Shown: positions 1-11,098, counted from the first letter of the stretch. The stretch: DNA of 64,000 bases from SAR86 cluster bacterium (GCA_003331645.1 QOPI01000003.1:1883-65882); one strand, 5' to 3'. Translations and numbers: made by a program. The notes: generated by a model not told the origin, from the sequence alone.

Positions 1-767
1 AATTCCTGGGCTCCACCAAGAGCAACTCGAAATCCACTCATAACTTCATCAAAAATAAGTATTGAATTATTTTTTTTAGATACTTCTCTGAGTAATTCTA
101 AAAAAGATTTATCAGCAGGAATAAAACCCATATTCCCAGCAACTGGTTCAATGATAATAGCTGCTAGATCATCTTTCACTTCATCATATATTCTTAAAAA
201 ATGATCTTTATCATTATAAGGACAGCTAATAGTTAGCGAGGCTAAGTCTTTGGGTACTCCCGGAGAATCAGGCAATCCAAAAGTTGATACACCTGAACCA
301 GCTTTTACAAGCAAGGAGTCCACATGCCCATGGTAACATCCAGAAAATTTTATAATTTTATTTTTGCCCGTAAAGCCTCGAGCTAAACGTATACAGCTCA
401 TAGTTGCTTCAGTTCCAGAATTAACCATTCTAATTTTTTCTATCGATGGAACACATTGCTTTATCAATTTTGCAACATTTGATTCTAATTTTGTTGGAGC
501 ACCATAACTAGTACCAGATTCAATTTGTTTTTTAACGGCTGCAACAACTTTAGGGTTTGTATGACCCATAATCATTGGACCCCAAGAGCCAATAAAGTCT
601 ATATATTCGTTATCATCCTCATCATATAGGAATGCTCCATTAGCACTTTTAAAAAAAATGGGTGAACCTCCAATATTTTTAAAGGCCCTTACAGGAGAAT
701 TAACACCGCCTGGCATTAATCCTTGTGCTTCTTTATACAGTTCTTTAGAGGTGTTAGTTTTTTTCAA
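1..767 (-). CDS. hemL: glutamate-1-semialdehyde 2,1-aminomutase, C-terminus cut by the window edge (absent from the ORF track because it is open-ended)
   Basis: My minus-strand translation from 767 reads (TTG)KKTNTSKELYKEAQGLMPGGVNSPVRAFKNIGG...SWGPMIMGH...MVNSGTEATMSCIRLARGFTGKNKIIKFSGCYHGH...EPVAGNMGFIP...FDEVMSGFRVALGGAQE, colinear with E. coli HemL. The TTG start overlaps the hemG stop. Confidence 0.9.
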   Translation of the reverse strand, partial: MKKTNTSKELYKEAQGLMPGGVNSPVRAFKNIGGSPIFFKSANGAFLYDEDDNEYIDFIGSWGPMIMGHTNPKVVAAVKKQIESGTSYGAPTKLESNVAKLIKQCVPSIEKIRMVNSGTEATMSCIRLARGFTGKNKIIKFSGCYHGHVDSLLVKAGSGVSTFGLPDSPGVPKDLASLTISCPYNDKDHFLRIYDEVKDDLAAIIIEPVAGNMGFIPADKSFLELLREVSKKNNSILIFDEVMSGFRVALGGAQE

Positions 768-1291
768 TTTTTTATAACTATTTGATTTGCAAATATTTCC
801 ACTTTTTTCCAATCTGTAAATTCATAAACGCCTGATAGGTTCGTTGGGCCATTTGTAAGCCACATTATAAATCTAATCATATATTTATCTATAAACTTAT
901 ACTTCTGGTAATCAATTTTCCCAGCAAAAACTCCAAGATTAGAAGGTTGCCATTTTGATAATGACAAAAACTTATGCATATATGGATTTGTTTCTGGACT
1001 ATTCTTTTCTGATTTTCTAGCAACTGCATTTACAGAAAAGAAGGCGCTATCTTTCATTTCTAATACTGATAAGTTTTCATTAATAAATCTATATAGTTCT
1101 GGTTTATGCTTTCCATAACGAATACTTGCCCCAACAACTAATTGATCATATAAATTTATATCCAATTGCTTTGCCTCATCAAGAGATACAACTTGAACAT
1201 GATTGTGTTCCTTTATTCTCGATGCAATTTCTTTACATATTTTGATAGTTTGACCATCAGTCGATGAGTATATTATTAGAGTCGAGATCAT
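764..1291 (-). CDS. hemG: flavodoxin-like protoporphyrinogen IX dehydrogenase (HemG type)
   Basis: 175 aa. IIYSSTDGQT...VVGASIRYGKH...FFSVNAVARKSEK...FLSLSKWQP is colinear with E. coli HemG. Sits directly upstream of hemL. Confidence 0.85.
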   Translation of the reverse strand: MISTLIIYSSTDGQTIKICKEIASRIKEHNHVQVVSLDEAKQLDINLYDQLVVGASIRYGKHKPELYRFINENLSVLEMKDSAFFSVNAVARKSEKNSPETNPYMHKFLSLSKWQPSNLGVFAGKIDYQKYKFIDKYMIRFIMWLTNGPTNLSGVYEFTDWKKVEIFANQIVIKN

Positions 1292-1412
1292 TTATTGATT
1301 TAATTTTTTAAGATACATATTTTAGCCTTTCCTATAGAATTATTCAGATCAATTTAAAAATTTAGAAAAATATTATTAGCAATCTGTTAAAATCATTTTT
1401 TTAAACAAGATT

Positions 1413-1754
1413 ATGACAACAGAGAACATTATAAAATCATTAAACCTTACTGATTCAGCAGCTCATAGGATTGCATCGGTAATAAGCTCTGAAAAGAAAT
1501 CTCAGTTCAGAGTGTATGTTACTGGAGGAGGCTGCTCAGGCTTCCAATATGGATTTAAATTTGATGATGAGATAGCTTTTGATGACGAAGTTATAGATTA
1601 CAAAGATTTTTCTGTGCTTCTTGATTCATTATCTTATCCGTATTTATATGGATCAACTTTAGATTATGTTGAAGATCTATCGGGTGCAAAATTTGTTATA
1701 AATAACCCTAACGCAAAGACAACTTGCGGATGTGGAGAATCTTTTACTATATAG
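1413..1754 (+). CDS. erpA: A-type iron-sulfur cluster insertion/carrier protein
   Basis: 113 aa. GGGCSGFQYGF motif and C-terminal CGCGESF cysteine pair. hemL-erpA neighbourhood as in enterobacteria. Confidence 0.85.
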   Translation: MTTENIIKSLNLTDSAAHRIASVISSEKKSQFRVYVTGGGCSGFQYGFKFDDEIAFDDEVIDYKDFSVLLDSLSYPYLYGSTLDYVEDLSGAKFVINNPNAKTTCGCGESFTI

Positions 1755-2850
1755 ATTTTGAAACAGAGCCTAATAAAGCTTTGATCACCCTGTTATTTTT
1801 AAGTCTAACATCTGATGGAATATTGTTAATTCTTCTATAAGCCAACCAACCAAAAGCCATTGATTCAATTGCCTGTGGGTTCAACCCTAATGCAGTTGTT
1901 GAATTAATTTCAGTACCCAAATGATAAGAAAGCCTGTTCATAAGTGTTTTATTGTTACTTCCGCCTCCACATACATAGATGTTTTTAACATCATGACCAG
2001 CTTTCTTTATGGCATTCGAGATACTTATTGCAGTAAGTTCTGTTAGTGTAGCTAATACATCCTTTTTATCTTGTTTAAGAAGGTTTTTAGGTATGAAATT
2101 AAAGTTAAATAGCTCTTTGCCTGTTGATTTAAAGCCCTTTCGTTTAAAAAAAGGTTTAGAAAGCATTTTTTTTAACTCTTTATCCAATATATTCCCTTTT
2201 TGAGCAATAGCCCCATTCCTATCAAACTCTAATCCAAGAATATTTGAACAATAAGCATCCATTAAAGCATTTCCAGGGCCTGTATCCGTTCCAAAATAAG
2301 AACCATCAGTTTTAATAAAAGTATAATTTGATATTCCGCCTATATTAACAATAACTCTAGAAACTTTTTTTGATCTAAAAAGCTGCGCATGAAATTCTGG
2401 AACAAGTGGAGCGCCTTCTCCTCCTTTAGCAATATGCATATTTCTAAAGTCACTTATAACTGTTGTGCCTGTTTGGGCAGAAATTATATTTGGATCTCCA
2501 ATTTGCATAGAAAAATTATTTTTTATATTTGGTTCGTGTCTTATAGTCTGACCTGAAATACCAACATAAATATCTTCAGGGTTTTTTAGAACATTTTTAT
2601 CAATAATTCTTGATACTGCTTTTGAAAATATTAAACCAACTTTTTTATCTAGCTCGCCAAGATCAGACAATGATGAAGTATTATTGTTGATAGTATTGCT
2701 GATTTCGTCACTTAAATTTTTTGGGATTTTTACAGAATCAAATGCATCTAGATTAATATTTTTTTTTGTAATACTCACCAATGAAACATCAACAGCATCA
2801 TGACTAGTTCCACTCATTGCGCCTATGTATAGCTTTGTTTTAGTTGGCAT
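1747..2850 (-). CDS. anmK: anhydro-N-acetylmuramic acid kinase
   Basis: 367 aa. N-terminal GAMSGTSHDAVDV signature and C-terminal VCGGGSNN. anmK-M23-tyrS neighbourhood typical of gammaproteobacteria. Confidence 0.85.
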   Translation of the reverse strand: MPTKTKLYIGAMSGTSHDAVDVSLVSITKKNINLDAFDSVKIPKNLSDEISNTINNNTSSLSDLGELDKKVGLIFSKAVSRIIDKNVLKNPEDIYVGISGQTIRHEPNIKNNFSMQIGDPNIISAQTGTTVISDFRNMHIAKGGEGAPLVPEFHAQLFRSKKVSRVIVNIGGISNYTFIKTDGSYFGTDTGPGNALMDAYCSNILGLEFDRNGAIAQKGNILDKELKKMLSKPFFKRKGFKSTGKELFNFNFIPKNLLKQDKKDVLATLTELTAISISNAIKKAGHDVKNIYVCGGGSNNKTLMNRLSYHLGTEINSTTALGLNPQAIESMAFGWLAYRRINNIPSDVRLKNNRVIKALLGSVSKSI

Positions 2851-4090
2851 TTGGGCTTAAATTATTAAATCTATCTATTAGCTTATTATTTTCAGCCAAT
2901 AATGCAAAAAAGTTTTCTCTTTGCTCTTGGGGAACAGGCATAGCTGAAGGAAGCTTCACTCTTACAGGGTCAGTTCTTTTATTGCCAACTTTAAACTCAT
3001 AATGAAGATGTGTACCTGTTGCCGCACCAGAATCACCAACATATCCTATTGTTTGACCTTGGTTAACTTTAGATCCTACTTTTAATTTCTTATTAAAGCT
3101 TTCCATATGAGCATATAGGGTTGAGATGCCTCCACCATGCTTAATTTGAATAGTTCTTCCGTATCCAGATTTTGTGCCGATAAATTTTATAACACCATCT
3201 CCTGAAGCCATGATCGGAGTATTTCTTACGGCTGCATAGTCAACACCATTATGTGCTTTAATCTTATGCAAGATAGGATGCATTCTATTTGGATTAAAGT
3301 GCGAACTTATATAAGCAAAGTCTAATGGAGCTCTAAGAAAAGCTTTTTTAATATTATTTCCATCGCTATCATAATACTCTTTACCATTTTCTGGATGAAT
3401 AAATCTATAAGCATCATAGGTTTTACCTTGGTTTATAAATTCAGCAAAAACAATATCACCATTTTTAGCAATTTCACCTTCTGCATAAACCGTCTCATAT
3501 ATGAGTTTAAATGTATCGCCTTTTCTTATATCAAATATAAAATCAATGTCCCAACCAAATAAGTATGCTAGATCCATAATTACACTCTCAGGAATATCTG
3601 CCTTGAGTCCTGCTTCATAGAATGATGAAGTTATTATTCCACTTTTAAAACTAGTAACTATTTCAGATTTTTTTACTAAATCTTTTATAGATATCTCATT
3701 ATCAATGCTAATTATTAAAGAGTTGATATTATTTTTTATTATTTCAATCTCAGTAATCTGATCATTGAGATAGCTAAAGCGCATTTTATTTCCAGGCTTT
3801 ATGTTTCTTAATGACCCATTTTTATCTTGTCTAAATATTTTATAAGCTGTATTTAAAGGCATTTTAAATTCTTCAAAGATAATGGATAAGTTTTCACCTT
3901 CTTTAACTGTATAGAAATCATAAGATATTGAATTAGGCGAGGTGTTAGCTATTTCTTCTGATTCAAAGATATCTTCTACTGGCAATTCTGGATTATTTTT
4001 AATATCAAGATTTACAAGGAGTATAAAAAATACAAGAAGTAAAAAGACCCCCAAAACGTAATTAAATGATACCTTTCTAAAACCAATCAT
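2840..4090 (-). CDS. membrane-anchored M23 family murein endopeptidase (MepM/YebA-like)
   Basis: 416 aa. N-terminal TM helix, LysM/OapA-like YTVKEGENLSII segment, M23 zinc motifs HNGVDYAA and GDSGAATGTHLHYEF. Confidence 0.85.
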   Translation of the reverse strand: MIGFRKVSFNYVLGVFLLLVFFILLVNLDIKNNPELPVEDIFESEEIANTSPNSISYDFYTVKEGENLSIIFEEFKMPLNTAYKIFRQDKNGSLRNIKPGNKMRFSYLNDQITEIEIIKNNINSLIISIDNEISIKDLVKKSEIVTSFKSGIITSSFYEAGLKADIPESVIMDLAYLFGWDIDFIFDIRKGDTFKLIYETVYAEGEIAKNGDIVFAEFINQGKTYDAYRFIHPENGKEYYDSDGNNIKKAFLRAPLDFAYISSHFNPNRMHPILHKIKAHNGVDYAAVRNTPIMASGDGVIKFIGTKSGYGRTIQIKHGGGISTLYAHMESFNKKLKVGSKVNQGQTIGYVGDSGAATGTHLHYEFKVGNKRTDPVRVKLPSAMPVPQEQRENFFALLAENNKLIDRFNNLSPNAN

Positions 4091-4092
4091 AT

Positions 4093-7000
4093 TTATTCTT
4101 CTTCTAGATTAAGTAACTCAGTATTACCACCAAATGCTACAGTATTTTTAGAAACGACACGCTCATTAATAAATTGCATTAAATAATTAGGACCCCCAGC
4201 TTTTAAACCACAACCAGAAAGACCTTCTCCCCCAAATGGTTGAACGCCTACTACAGCTCCTACCATATCTCGATTTATATATGAGTTACCAGCAGAGATA
4301 ATAGAAGAAACTTCATCATGTTTTGACTCGACTCGAGAATGCACCCCAAGGGTAAGACCAAAATTCTTATCATTAATTTGTTTTAATTCTTTATTTAATG
4401 CATCAGAGCTGTATTTATATATATGTAGAATTGGACCAAATTGCTCTTCATTAATATCATCCAATGAATTTAATTCAATTAAACAAGGCGAAATAATATT
4501 TTTTTCAGGTATGTGATTATGAGATTGGTATATCCTTTTACTATCTTTAAAAGTATCTATATATTTAGTAAGTTTTATATAGGCATGCTTATTAATTATA
4601 GGACTAACATCAGTTTCAAAGTTATCAGGAGAATCAAGAACCATTTCTTTCATTGCACCAGTTAATATTTCCCACATCTCTTCATATATTTCTTCTTGAA
4701 CTAAAATAAGCCTCAAAGCAGAGCATCTTTGTCCAGCTGAATTGAATGCAGATCTTATGACATCATCTGTTACTTGCTCTAACAGAGCGCTTGAATCAAC
4801 AATCATTGCATTTAAGCCACCTGTCTCAGCAATAATTGGAGTAATTGGACCTTCTTTTTTAGCTAAATTTCTATTAATTTCTTTAGCTGTTCTATGAGAC
4901 CCAGTAAAACTTACACCATTAATAAAGTTAAGCATACTTAAGGCATTGCCCTGATCTGCTCCACCAATTACCAATAAAAGCGCTTCTCTAGGAACACCTG
5001 CTTCATAGAATAATTCTATTATCTTAAAGCCAATTAAAGACGAAAGCTCTGAAGGCTTTGCAATAACATTGTTGCCAGTAATCAAAGCAGCACTAATTTG
5101 ACCTATTAAAATTGCTGCAGGGAAATTCCATGGACTAATGCATAAAAATGTACCTTTAGGGTGGTATGTAAGCTCATTTAGCTCCCCAGTAGGGCCTTTT
5201 AGCTCCATTGAGTTAGATTGAAGTTTGATACCCTCATTAGAATAGAACCTTAAAAAATCTTCTGCTTCTCTTAATTCATCCCATGCATCATGGATAGTTT
5301 TACCAGTCTCGTGAATTAATAAATAAAGTAGCTGATCTGAATTCTTTTGAAGAAGAGCAGCTACTGTATTTAAAATTTTTGCTCTATGTTTAATGTTTGT
5401 TTTAGCCCATGCATCATTCATTAATGAAGAGGTAATTTCTGTCTTAATATGTTTAGGATCATCAAATTTTAAACTTCCAATCAAATGCCCATCACATAAA
5501 GATCTGACTTCATTTTCAACTACTGGTCTATTTAAAGAGGAGACAGCATCTATTTTACTCGTATCAAACTTGCTAAGTTTTAATTTTAATTCATCAATAT
5601 TTTCTTGTTCTGTTAGATCTAGACCTGGAGAGTTTTTTCTATCTTGAAACATATCTTTTGGCAGCTTTATATTGAATAAATTATCATCCTTTAATTTTGA
5701 TTCTATTACTTTAGCAGGATTTTCAGCTAATTTTTTAGCATCAACCTCTGAGTCCAATAATCTATTAATAAAAGAACTATTAGCTCCATTTTCTAATAAT
5801 CTTCTCACTAAGTAGGGAAGTAAGTCTTTATATGCCCCTATTGGAGCATAGATACTAACTTTTGGTAGTTCTTTACAGACTTTTGCAGCAGAATCATATA
5901 ACAATTCACCCATTCCAAATAATCTTTGAAATTCGTAGGTTTTGCCGCGACCCATATTATAAATTGTGGCAATAGTATGAGCATTATGGGTAGCAAATTT
6001 TGGATATATTTTATCAATCTCAAATATTTTTCTTGCAGTATGTAAGAAGTTAAGATCTGTGAGACTTTTATTTGTAAAGACAGAGTAGCCTGGATGAGAT
6101 TTTATTTGTGATTGCTTAATCTCATAGTCCCAATAGGCACCTTTTACTAATCTAATATGAATCGATGCTCTTTTTTTTAGAATATTTTCTATCCAATCAA
6201 TTAAATCAAGAGATCTTTTGCCATAGGCTTGAATAGCCATACCAAGGTTTTCCCATTCCCTATATTTTTTATTTAGCATAATATCGCTTAATAGATCTAG
6301 ACTAACTGATAATCTATCTTGCTCTTCAGCATCAATAGTTACCTCAACATTTTTTTGAAAAGCATGCTCTATAAGTGCTTCAAATCTGGGCTTAAGGTTT
6401 TTTGTAACGTGCGTTTGATTGAGTAATTCATATTTTGGGCTTAAAGCAGATATTTTTATAGATACGCCATTGTTTGTTTTATATAAAGCATTTATTTTAC
6501 TTACATTATCTATAGCATCTTTATAGGCATCAAAATAATTAATTGCCTGAGCTTCTGTTCTGGCTGCTTCTCCAAGCATATCGAAAGAATATGAATTATC
6601 TTCAATATTTTTTATTTTTTTAACTTCTTCAAAATCTCTTCCCATTACGAATTCGCCACTGAGAATTTTCATTGCCATCATGATTGCTTCGCGAATAGGT
6701 ATTTCTCCCGATTTCTTTGTTAAGTCATTTAGCCATTTAAGTGGATTCTCAGAGAGCTCATTTGACGGTTTAATAATTTTCCCTGCTAGTAACAATCCCC
6801 AAGTAGAAGCATTTACAAGCAGGCTATCTGCTTTATTTATATGCGCAGCCCATGACCCAGCTGAAAGTTTCTCAGAAATTAATATATTTCTAGTATGGCT
6901 ATCAGGAATTCTTAGTAAGGATTCTGCTAAACACATCAAAGCAACACCCTCATTATTTGATAAACCATATTCACTGAGAAAAGCATCAAGTTGAGTTCGC

Positions 7001-7140
7001 TCATTCTTTCTTTCTCTGCAAAGCTCAATTATTTTAATAGCATTAGCTTCTATGGAGCTCTTATTAAGAAAATCGCTATCCTTAACTAACTCATTAGCAA
7101 GGACTTTTTCTGAGAAAAATTTTTTTTCAATAAGGGGCAT
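4093..7140 (-). CDS. putA: bifunctional proline dehydrogenase / 1-pyrroline-5-carboxylate dehydrogenase (short form, no N-terminal DNA-binding domain)
   Basis: 1015 aa. N-terminal PRODH barrel region followed by an ALDH domain (FTGSHRTAKEI, ETGGLNAMIVDSSA, catalytic GQRCSALR). Confidence 0.9.
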   Translation of the reverse strand: MPLIEKKFFSEKVLANELVKDSDFLNKSSIEANAIKIIELCRERKNERTQLDAFLSEYGLSNNEGVALMCLAESLLRIPDSHTRNILISEKLSAGSWAAHINKADSLLVNASTWGLLLAGKIIKPSNELSENPLKWLNDLTKKSGEIPIREAIMMAMKILSGEFVMGRDFEEVKKIKNIEDNSYSFDMLGEAARTEAQAINYFDAYKDAIDNVSKINALYKTNNGVSIKISALSPKYELLNQTHVTKNLKPRFEALIEHAFQKNVEVTIDAEEQDRLSVSLDLLSDIMLNKKYREWENLGMAIQAYGKRSLDLIDWIENILKKRASIHIRLVKGAYWDYEIKQSQIKSHPGYSVFTNKSLTDLNFLHTARKIFEIDKIYPKFATHNAHTIATIYNMGRGKTYEFQRLFGMGELLYDSAAKVCKELPKVSIYAPIGAYKDLLPYLVRRLLENGANSSFINRLLDSEVDAKKLAENPAKVIESKLKDDNLFNIKLPKDMFQDRKNSPGLDLTEQENIDELKLKLSKFDTSKIDAVSSLNRPVVENEVRSLCDGHLIGSLKFDDPKHIKTEITSSLMNDAWAKTNIKHRAKILNTVAALLQKNSDQLLYLLIHETGKTIHDAWDELREAEDFLRFYSNEGIKLQSNSMELKGPTGELNELTYHPKGTFLCISPWNFPAAILIGQISAALITGNNVIAKPSELSSLIGFKIIELFYEAGVPREALLLVIGGADQGNALSMLNFINGVSFTGSHRTAKEINRNLAKKEGPITPIIAETGGLNAMIVDSSALLEQVTDDVIRSAFNSAGQRCSALRLILVQEEIYEEMWEILTGAMKEMVLDSPDNFETDVSPIINKHAYIKLTKYIDTFKDSKRIYQSHNHIPEKNIISPCLIELNSLDDINEEQFGPILHIYKYSSDALNKELKQINDKNFGLTLGVHSRVESKHDEVSSIISAGNSYINRDMVGAVVGVQPFGGEGLSGCGLKAGGPNYLMQFINERVVSKNTVAFGGNTELLNLEEE

Positions 7141-7267
7141 TTGTATTATTTTAAGCTTATAGCTTAAAGTATCAATATCTCACGAGCCTTTAACAAATAA
7201 GAATTCGCTATCTAAAACAGGGTAATTTTCTAAATCTCTTAATAATATTATGTTAGTCTAGCAATAT

Positions 7268-8455
7268 ATGAATGAGGCATTGAAACTTATTAAGCGTGGT
7301 ACTGATGAGATTCTTACTGAAGCTGATCTTCAAAAGAAATTAGATTCAGGTAAGCAACTTATTATTAAAGCTGGATTTGATCCTACAGCGCCTGATCTTC
7401 ATCTTGGACATACAGTTTTATTAAATAAATTAAGACATTTTCAAGATCTTGGTCATAAAGTTATTTTTCTTATTGGAGATTTCACTGGCCAAATTGGCGA
7501 TCCGTCTGGAAAGAATAAAACTAGGCCAACTCTAGATGCAGATCAATTGGCTGAAAATTCAAAAACCTATCAATCACAAGTTTTTAAAATATTAAAAAAA
7601 GATTTAACAGAGATAAGGTTTAATTCTGAATGGTGTAATAATCTTGGCGCTAATGGTCTTATAGAACTTGCATCAAAATATAATGTTGCCCGAATGCTTG
7701 AAAGAGATGATTTCAATAAACGATATAGCTCTAATCAAAGTATTGCAGTACATGAATTTTTATATCCATTAATACAAGGTTACGATTCTGTAGAGCTTAA
7801 GGCTGACGTTGAATGTGGTGGAACAGATCAAAAATTTAATTTACTAGTAGGCAGAGAACTGCAAAGGTCTTACGATCAAGAGCCTCAAGTTGTTCTCACT
7901 GTGCCAATTCTTGAAGGTCTAGATGGAACAAATAAGATGTCTAAATCCTTAAATAATTACATCGGTGTTAATGAAAATCCAGATGATATGTTCGGTAAGA
8001 TTATGTCGATATCAGATGATTTAATGTGGCGTTGGTTTGAGTTATTAAGCTTTATAACAGAAGAAGAAATTAGTGACTTAAAGAATGATATGGATGCAGG
8101 CAAAAATCCTAGAGACATAAAATTTATTTTAGCCGAAGAGCTTGTTGATAGATTTCATAACAATGGTGATGGCAAAGCTTGCAAAGAAGCATTTTTACAA
8201 AGGTTTCAGAAAGGGTTAATGCCTGATGATATTTCAAGTATTGTTATAGATATTGAGGGCGACAGCATGCCTTTAGTTAATTTATTAAAGACCTCTGAAA
8301 TGGTTTCTAGCACCTCAGAAGCAGCAAGGCTTATAAAGCAGGGTGGAGTCAAGATAGATTCTGAAAAAGTAGAGAATCCTAAGCTAAATATTAAAAAAGG
8401 CAGCGAGGCTATTTATCAAGTTGGCAAAAGAAAGTTTTTAAAAATAAAGGTTTAG
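7268..8455 (+). CDS. tyrS: tyrosine--tRNA ligase
   Basis: 395 aa. Class I HLGH and KMSKS motifs, C-terminal S4-like domain. Confidence 0.92.
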   Translation: MNEALKLIKRGTDEILTEADLQKKLDSGKQLIIKAGFDPTAPDLHLGHTVLLNKLRHFQDLGHKVIFLIGDFTGQIGDPSGKNKTRPTLDADQLAENSKTYQSQVFKILKKDLTEIRFNSEWCNNLGANGLIELASKYNVARMLERDDFNKRYSSNQSIAVHEFLYPLIQGYDSVELKADVECGGTDQKFNLLVGRELQRSYDQEPQVVLTVPILEGLDGTNKMSKSLNNYIGVNENPDDMFGKIMSISDDLMWRWFELLSFITEEEISDLKNDMDAGKNPRDIKFILAEELVDRFHNNGDGKACKEAFLQRFQKGLMPDDISSIVIDIEGDSMPLVNLLKTSEMVSSTSEAARLIKQGGVKIDSEKVENPKLNIKKGSEAIYQVGKRKFLKIKV

Positions 8456-8457
8456 AT

Positions 8458-8943
8458 ATGAGAAATATATTGCAAATGTTCACGCTAATTATTTTAATTA
8501 GCTGCAGTCAAGAAGAAACTCTTAGCATAGATGTTCCTACAAGCACTCTAGAAAAGAATATGTTAGAAGCCGAAATATTTCTTCAATCAAACCTATCGCA
8601 GAATGGAGTAATTGAAGTTGAGCCAGGCTTACAATACCAAGTGCTTAATAATGGAGATGATGGAGCTATGAAGCCCAAACCCTCAGACAAAATAACTGCT
8701 CATTTTCATGGAACACTTCTTGATGGAACTGTTTTTTGGAGTTCTGTAGAAATGAACGATCCTTTGATAATCAAACCATCACAACTAATTCCAGGCTGTC
8801 AGAAAATCTTACCCCTTATGCAAATAGGAGATAAATGGAAAGTATTTATTCATCCTGATATGGCATATGGAGAAGAGGGAAGACCCACCATTCCTCCGAA
8901 TTCTGTTTTAACTTTTGATATTGAGCTCTTAGCAATAAATTAA
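8458..8943 (+). CDS. FKBP-type peptidyl-prolyl cis-trans isomerase, probable lipoprotein
   Basis: 161 aa. Lipobox-like LILISC. FKBP core HFHGTLLDGTVF...MAYGEEGRPTIPPNSVLTFDIELL. Confidence 0.8.
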   Translation: MRNILQMFTLIILISCSQEETLSIDVPTSTLEKNMLEAEIFLQSNLSQNGVIEVEPGLQYQVLNNGDDGAMKPKPSDKITAHFHGTLLDGTVFWSSVEMNDPLIIKPSQLIPGCQKILPLMQIGDKWKVFIHPDMAYGEEGRPTIPPNSVLTFDIELLAIN

Positions 8944-8951
8944 TAGATTAT

Positions 8952-9380
8952 CTACTCTTCTTCAACAACCTGCTCAGATATTTCTTGCCTTAATTTAATT
9001 TTTGCTAAGCTCATCTTATCTTTCATACTCATGATGTAAGCAGATATAGCTAAAAGCAAAATACCTGATGCTTCATAAATAATATTTAAACCATCAAAAT
9101 CTTTAGTTTCAATAACAATCATTCTGGTTAATGCAGTAATAGCAATAATAATTGGGAGAGTTACTGGAATACGCTTATCTCTATAAAAAATGCCCACCAT
9201 TCCCAAGACTTCTGCATAGATAAATAATAGAAAAAGATCACTTAAATCAACCACTTTTACCATAATCAATCTATCTATTTCTATTCCTGCTGCAAAAAGA
9301 GTTGCCAAAGCAATCGTAGCTAAAATAACTCCTTCACTAAACCATATAAATTTCTGTAACCATTCAACATTATTTTTCAT
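8952..9380 (-). CDS. PsiE-like (phosphate-starvation-inducible E family) inner membrane protein
   Basis: 142 aa with 4 predicted TM helices. Layout and the ALTRMIVIE segment resemble E. coli PsiE (TAIVRLIIVD). Confidence 0.5.
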   Translation of the reverse strand: MKNNVEWLQKFIWFSEGVILATIALATLFAAGIEIDRLIMVKVVDLSDLFLLFIYAEVLGMVGIFYRDKRIPVTLPIIIAITALTRMIVIETKDFDGLNIIYEASGILLLAISAYIMSMKDKMSLAKIKLRQEISEQVVEEE

Positions 9381-9442
9381 AGCTCTATTAAAAACAAAAA
9401 TGCTTAAGGTAACAAGTTTTATTTTTTATTTTATTGCTTAAA

Positions 9443-9520
<78 letters not shown>

Positions 9521-9579
9521 GAATGAACGGGATCGCCATTTTAACTGTTATCTATGAAAGATAGAAGAATTTTTTATAA

Positions 9580-9969
9580 TTAAAGTTCGCCGTCTTCCCG
9601 AAGCTTCTTTCTAATCTTAGTAGCACTAATATTAGTAATTTCAGCATCAAAAACTTCCTCTTCAAATACATAACCGACACCGCGACCATAAGTTATATTT
9701 ACTATATTGGGCACAAGCATGATTTCAAAATCTTTCCCCCTCTCGAATCCATCAACTTTAAGACCATCTTCAATATTGTTGCAAACTGTATTCCAGTCAA
9801 ATGGATTATCATCTTGCCCATCGCCACCCGAGGCACCTTGAACATCTCTAACTTGAATAACAACTTGACCTGTTTTAGCAATACATCTTTTAAATAATTC
9901 TTGATGACCTTGGTGCCAGGGCTGCCACCTACCAAGCATTTGAACTGTTGGTTTTTTCCAATCAAACAT
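9580..9969 (-). CDS. small HxGH-superfamily nucleotidyltransferase, NadM/NMNAT-like signature
   Basis: 129 aa. GRWQPWHQGH resembles the archaeal NMNAT motif GRFQPFHxGH. C-terminal ISATKIR is the ISxTxIR motif of the cytidylyl/adenylyltransferase fold. Overlaps the upstream kinase gene by 8 nt. Confidence 0.65.
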   Translation of the reverse strand: MFDWKKPTVQMLGRWQPWHQGHQELFKRCIAKTGQVVIQVRDVQGASGGDGQDDNPFDWNTVCNNIEDGLKVDGFERGKDFEIMLVPNIVNITYGRGVGYVFEEEVFDAEITNISATKIRKKLREDGEL

Positions 9970-10372
9970 TATCTAAAATTGCAGTAGCAATATCTTCATG
10001 ATTGTGTTCATTCCATTCTGTAATATGGAAGTCTATTTTTTGAGGATCTTGAAATAATTTATTGGTATCTTCGTACCTACCTTCCTTTATTGTATCCATC
10101 CAGATAACAATATCAGCATTAAAATTCTGTCTTGTTTCTCTAGTTGGACATACAAAATCACAAACAACATTTCTACCATGAGACTTTTCAAAGTCAGCAA
10201 AATTGCGCATTCGAAGAGATTGTCTTTTCCTACCCTCTTCAGAAAAGTCCCAATCATTTGCCATTTCTCTTAATTTATCGGCGTTATACCAAGCAGCGCT
10301 TAAAAGAGGCACCAATCTTTTAGTTAGATATGTTTTGCCACTTCCAGGCAGACCCATTACCAAGACTTTCAT
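9962..10372 (-). CDS. P-loop kinase with APS-kinase (CysC)-like fold, substrate unknown
   Basis: 136 aa. Walker A GLPGSGKT. DWDFSEEGRKRQSLRM aligns with CysC DLGFSDADRKENIRRV. Confidence 0.6.
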   Translation of the reverse strand: MKVLVMGLPGSGKTYLTKRLVPLLSAAWYNADKLREMANDWDFSEEGRKRQSLRMRNFADFEKSHGRNVVCDFVCPTRETRQNFNADIVIWMDTIKEGRYEDTNKLFQDPQKIDFHITEWNEHNHEDIATAILDNV

Positions 10373-10396
10373 ATATAAAATTCTAACTTAACATTG

Positions 10397-11098
10397 TTAG
10401 ACATTAGTTTCCTCAGAACTTTTTAGAGATTTATACAAACTAAAATATACATAGGATAGGGGGAATATAAATATATATTCAACTATGCCTGCCAAAATGC
10501 TTTGTAAAAGAGATAAATCAGGAAATGCTCCAACAACGATTAGCCCCGAGACAGAGGCAAGAATAAAGAATGTAAGGGTTAAAACGAATAAAATTGTTCC
10601 GTGCTCATCTGTTGCCTCCCATGAAGCAGAAATTGACTCACTAACAGTTTTATTTTCAAGCATAAGATATGAAATTGTAAGCCCAAGCCGTCCAGCTATA
10701 TAGAATGCTGGCAGAATCAGCATAAAAAATCCAAAGAATATAGCAATATTACATAATATGCTGGCACCAAGGATAGGAAAAAATTTTCTAAAGCCGATAA
10801 AAAGTGCATCAAATGGTTTCATAGCCTTATTAATGGTTAAGGCGTTAAATGCCACATATATTCCTCCAATAAACGACATACTCAAAATTATTGAGATAAA
10901 TGCTAACAAAGTAATAGGTAATGCATTGGCAGTAAAATATTCAGTTAAATCATCAATATTGCCACTTTCTAAAAGGATTGATGCTGAACTTAAATAGTAA
11001 GCAGTCATTACTTCAAATATAAAAACAGGAAATGCCATAACAGCAAGAAATTGCCAGTGTTGAAATGCAAATTGCCAAGCTGATTTAAATTGGTTCAT
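10397..11098 (-). CDS. multi-pass membrane protein of unknown function (YciC/UPF0259-like topology)
   Basis: 233 aa with about 6 hydrophobic helices. No catalytic motif recognised. Confidence 0.4.
   Translation of the reverse strand: MNQFKSAWQFAFQHWQFLAVMAFPVFIFEVMTAYYLSSASILLESGNIDDLTEYFTANALPITLLAFISIILSMSFIGGIYVAFNALTINKAMKPFDALFIGFRKFFPILGASILCNIAIFFGFFMLILPAFYIAGRLGLTISYLMLENKTVSESISASWEATDEHGTILFVLTLTFFILASVSGLIVVGAFPDLSLLQSILAGIVEYIFIFPLSYVYFSLYKSLKSSEETNV

Noticed and set aside
1-5. The window begins with AATTC, the product of an EcoRI cut, hinting at a clone-insert end.
   Set aside because: A 5-nt match at an arbitrary window boundary is expected by chance about once in a thousand, and cannot be distinguished from coincidence without the flanking sequence.
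9702-9965. 87-aa ORF in another frame on the same strand, inside the nucleotidyltransferase gene.
   Set aside because: It is fully embedded in a gene with clear HxGH and ISxTxIR motifs, and has no motif or independent start signals.
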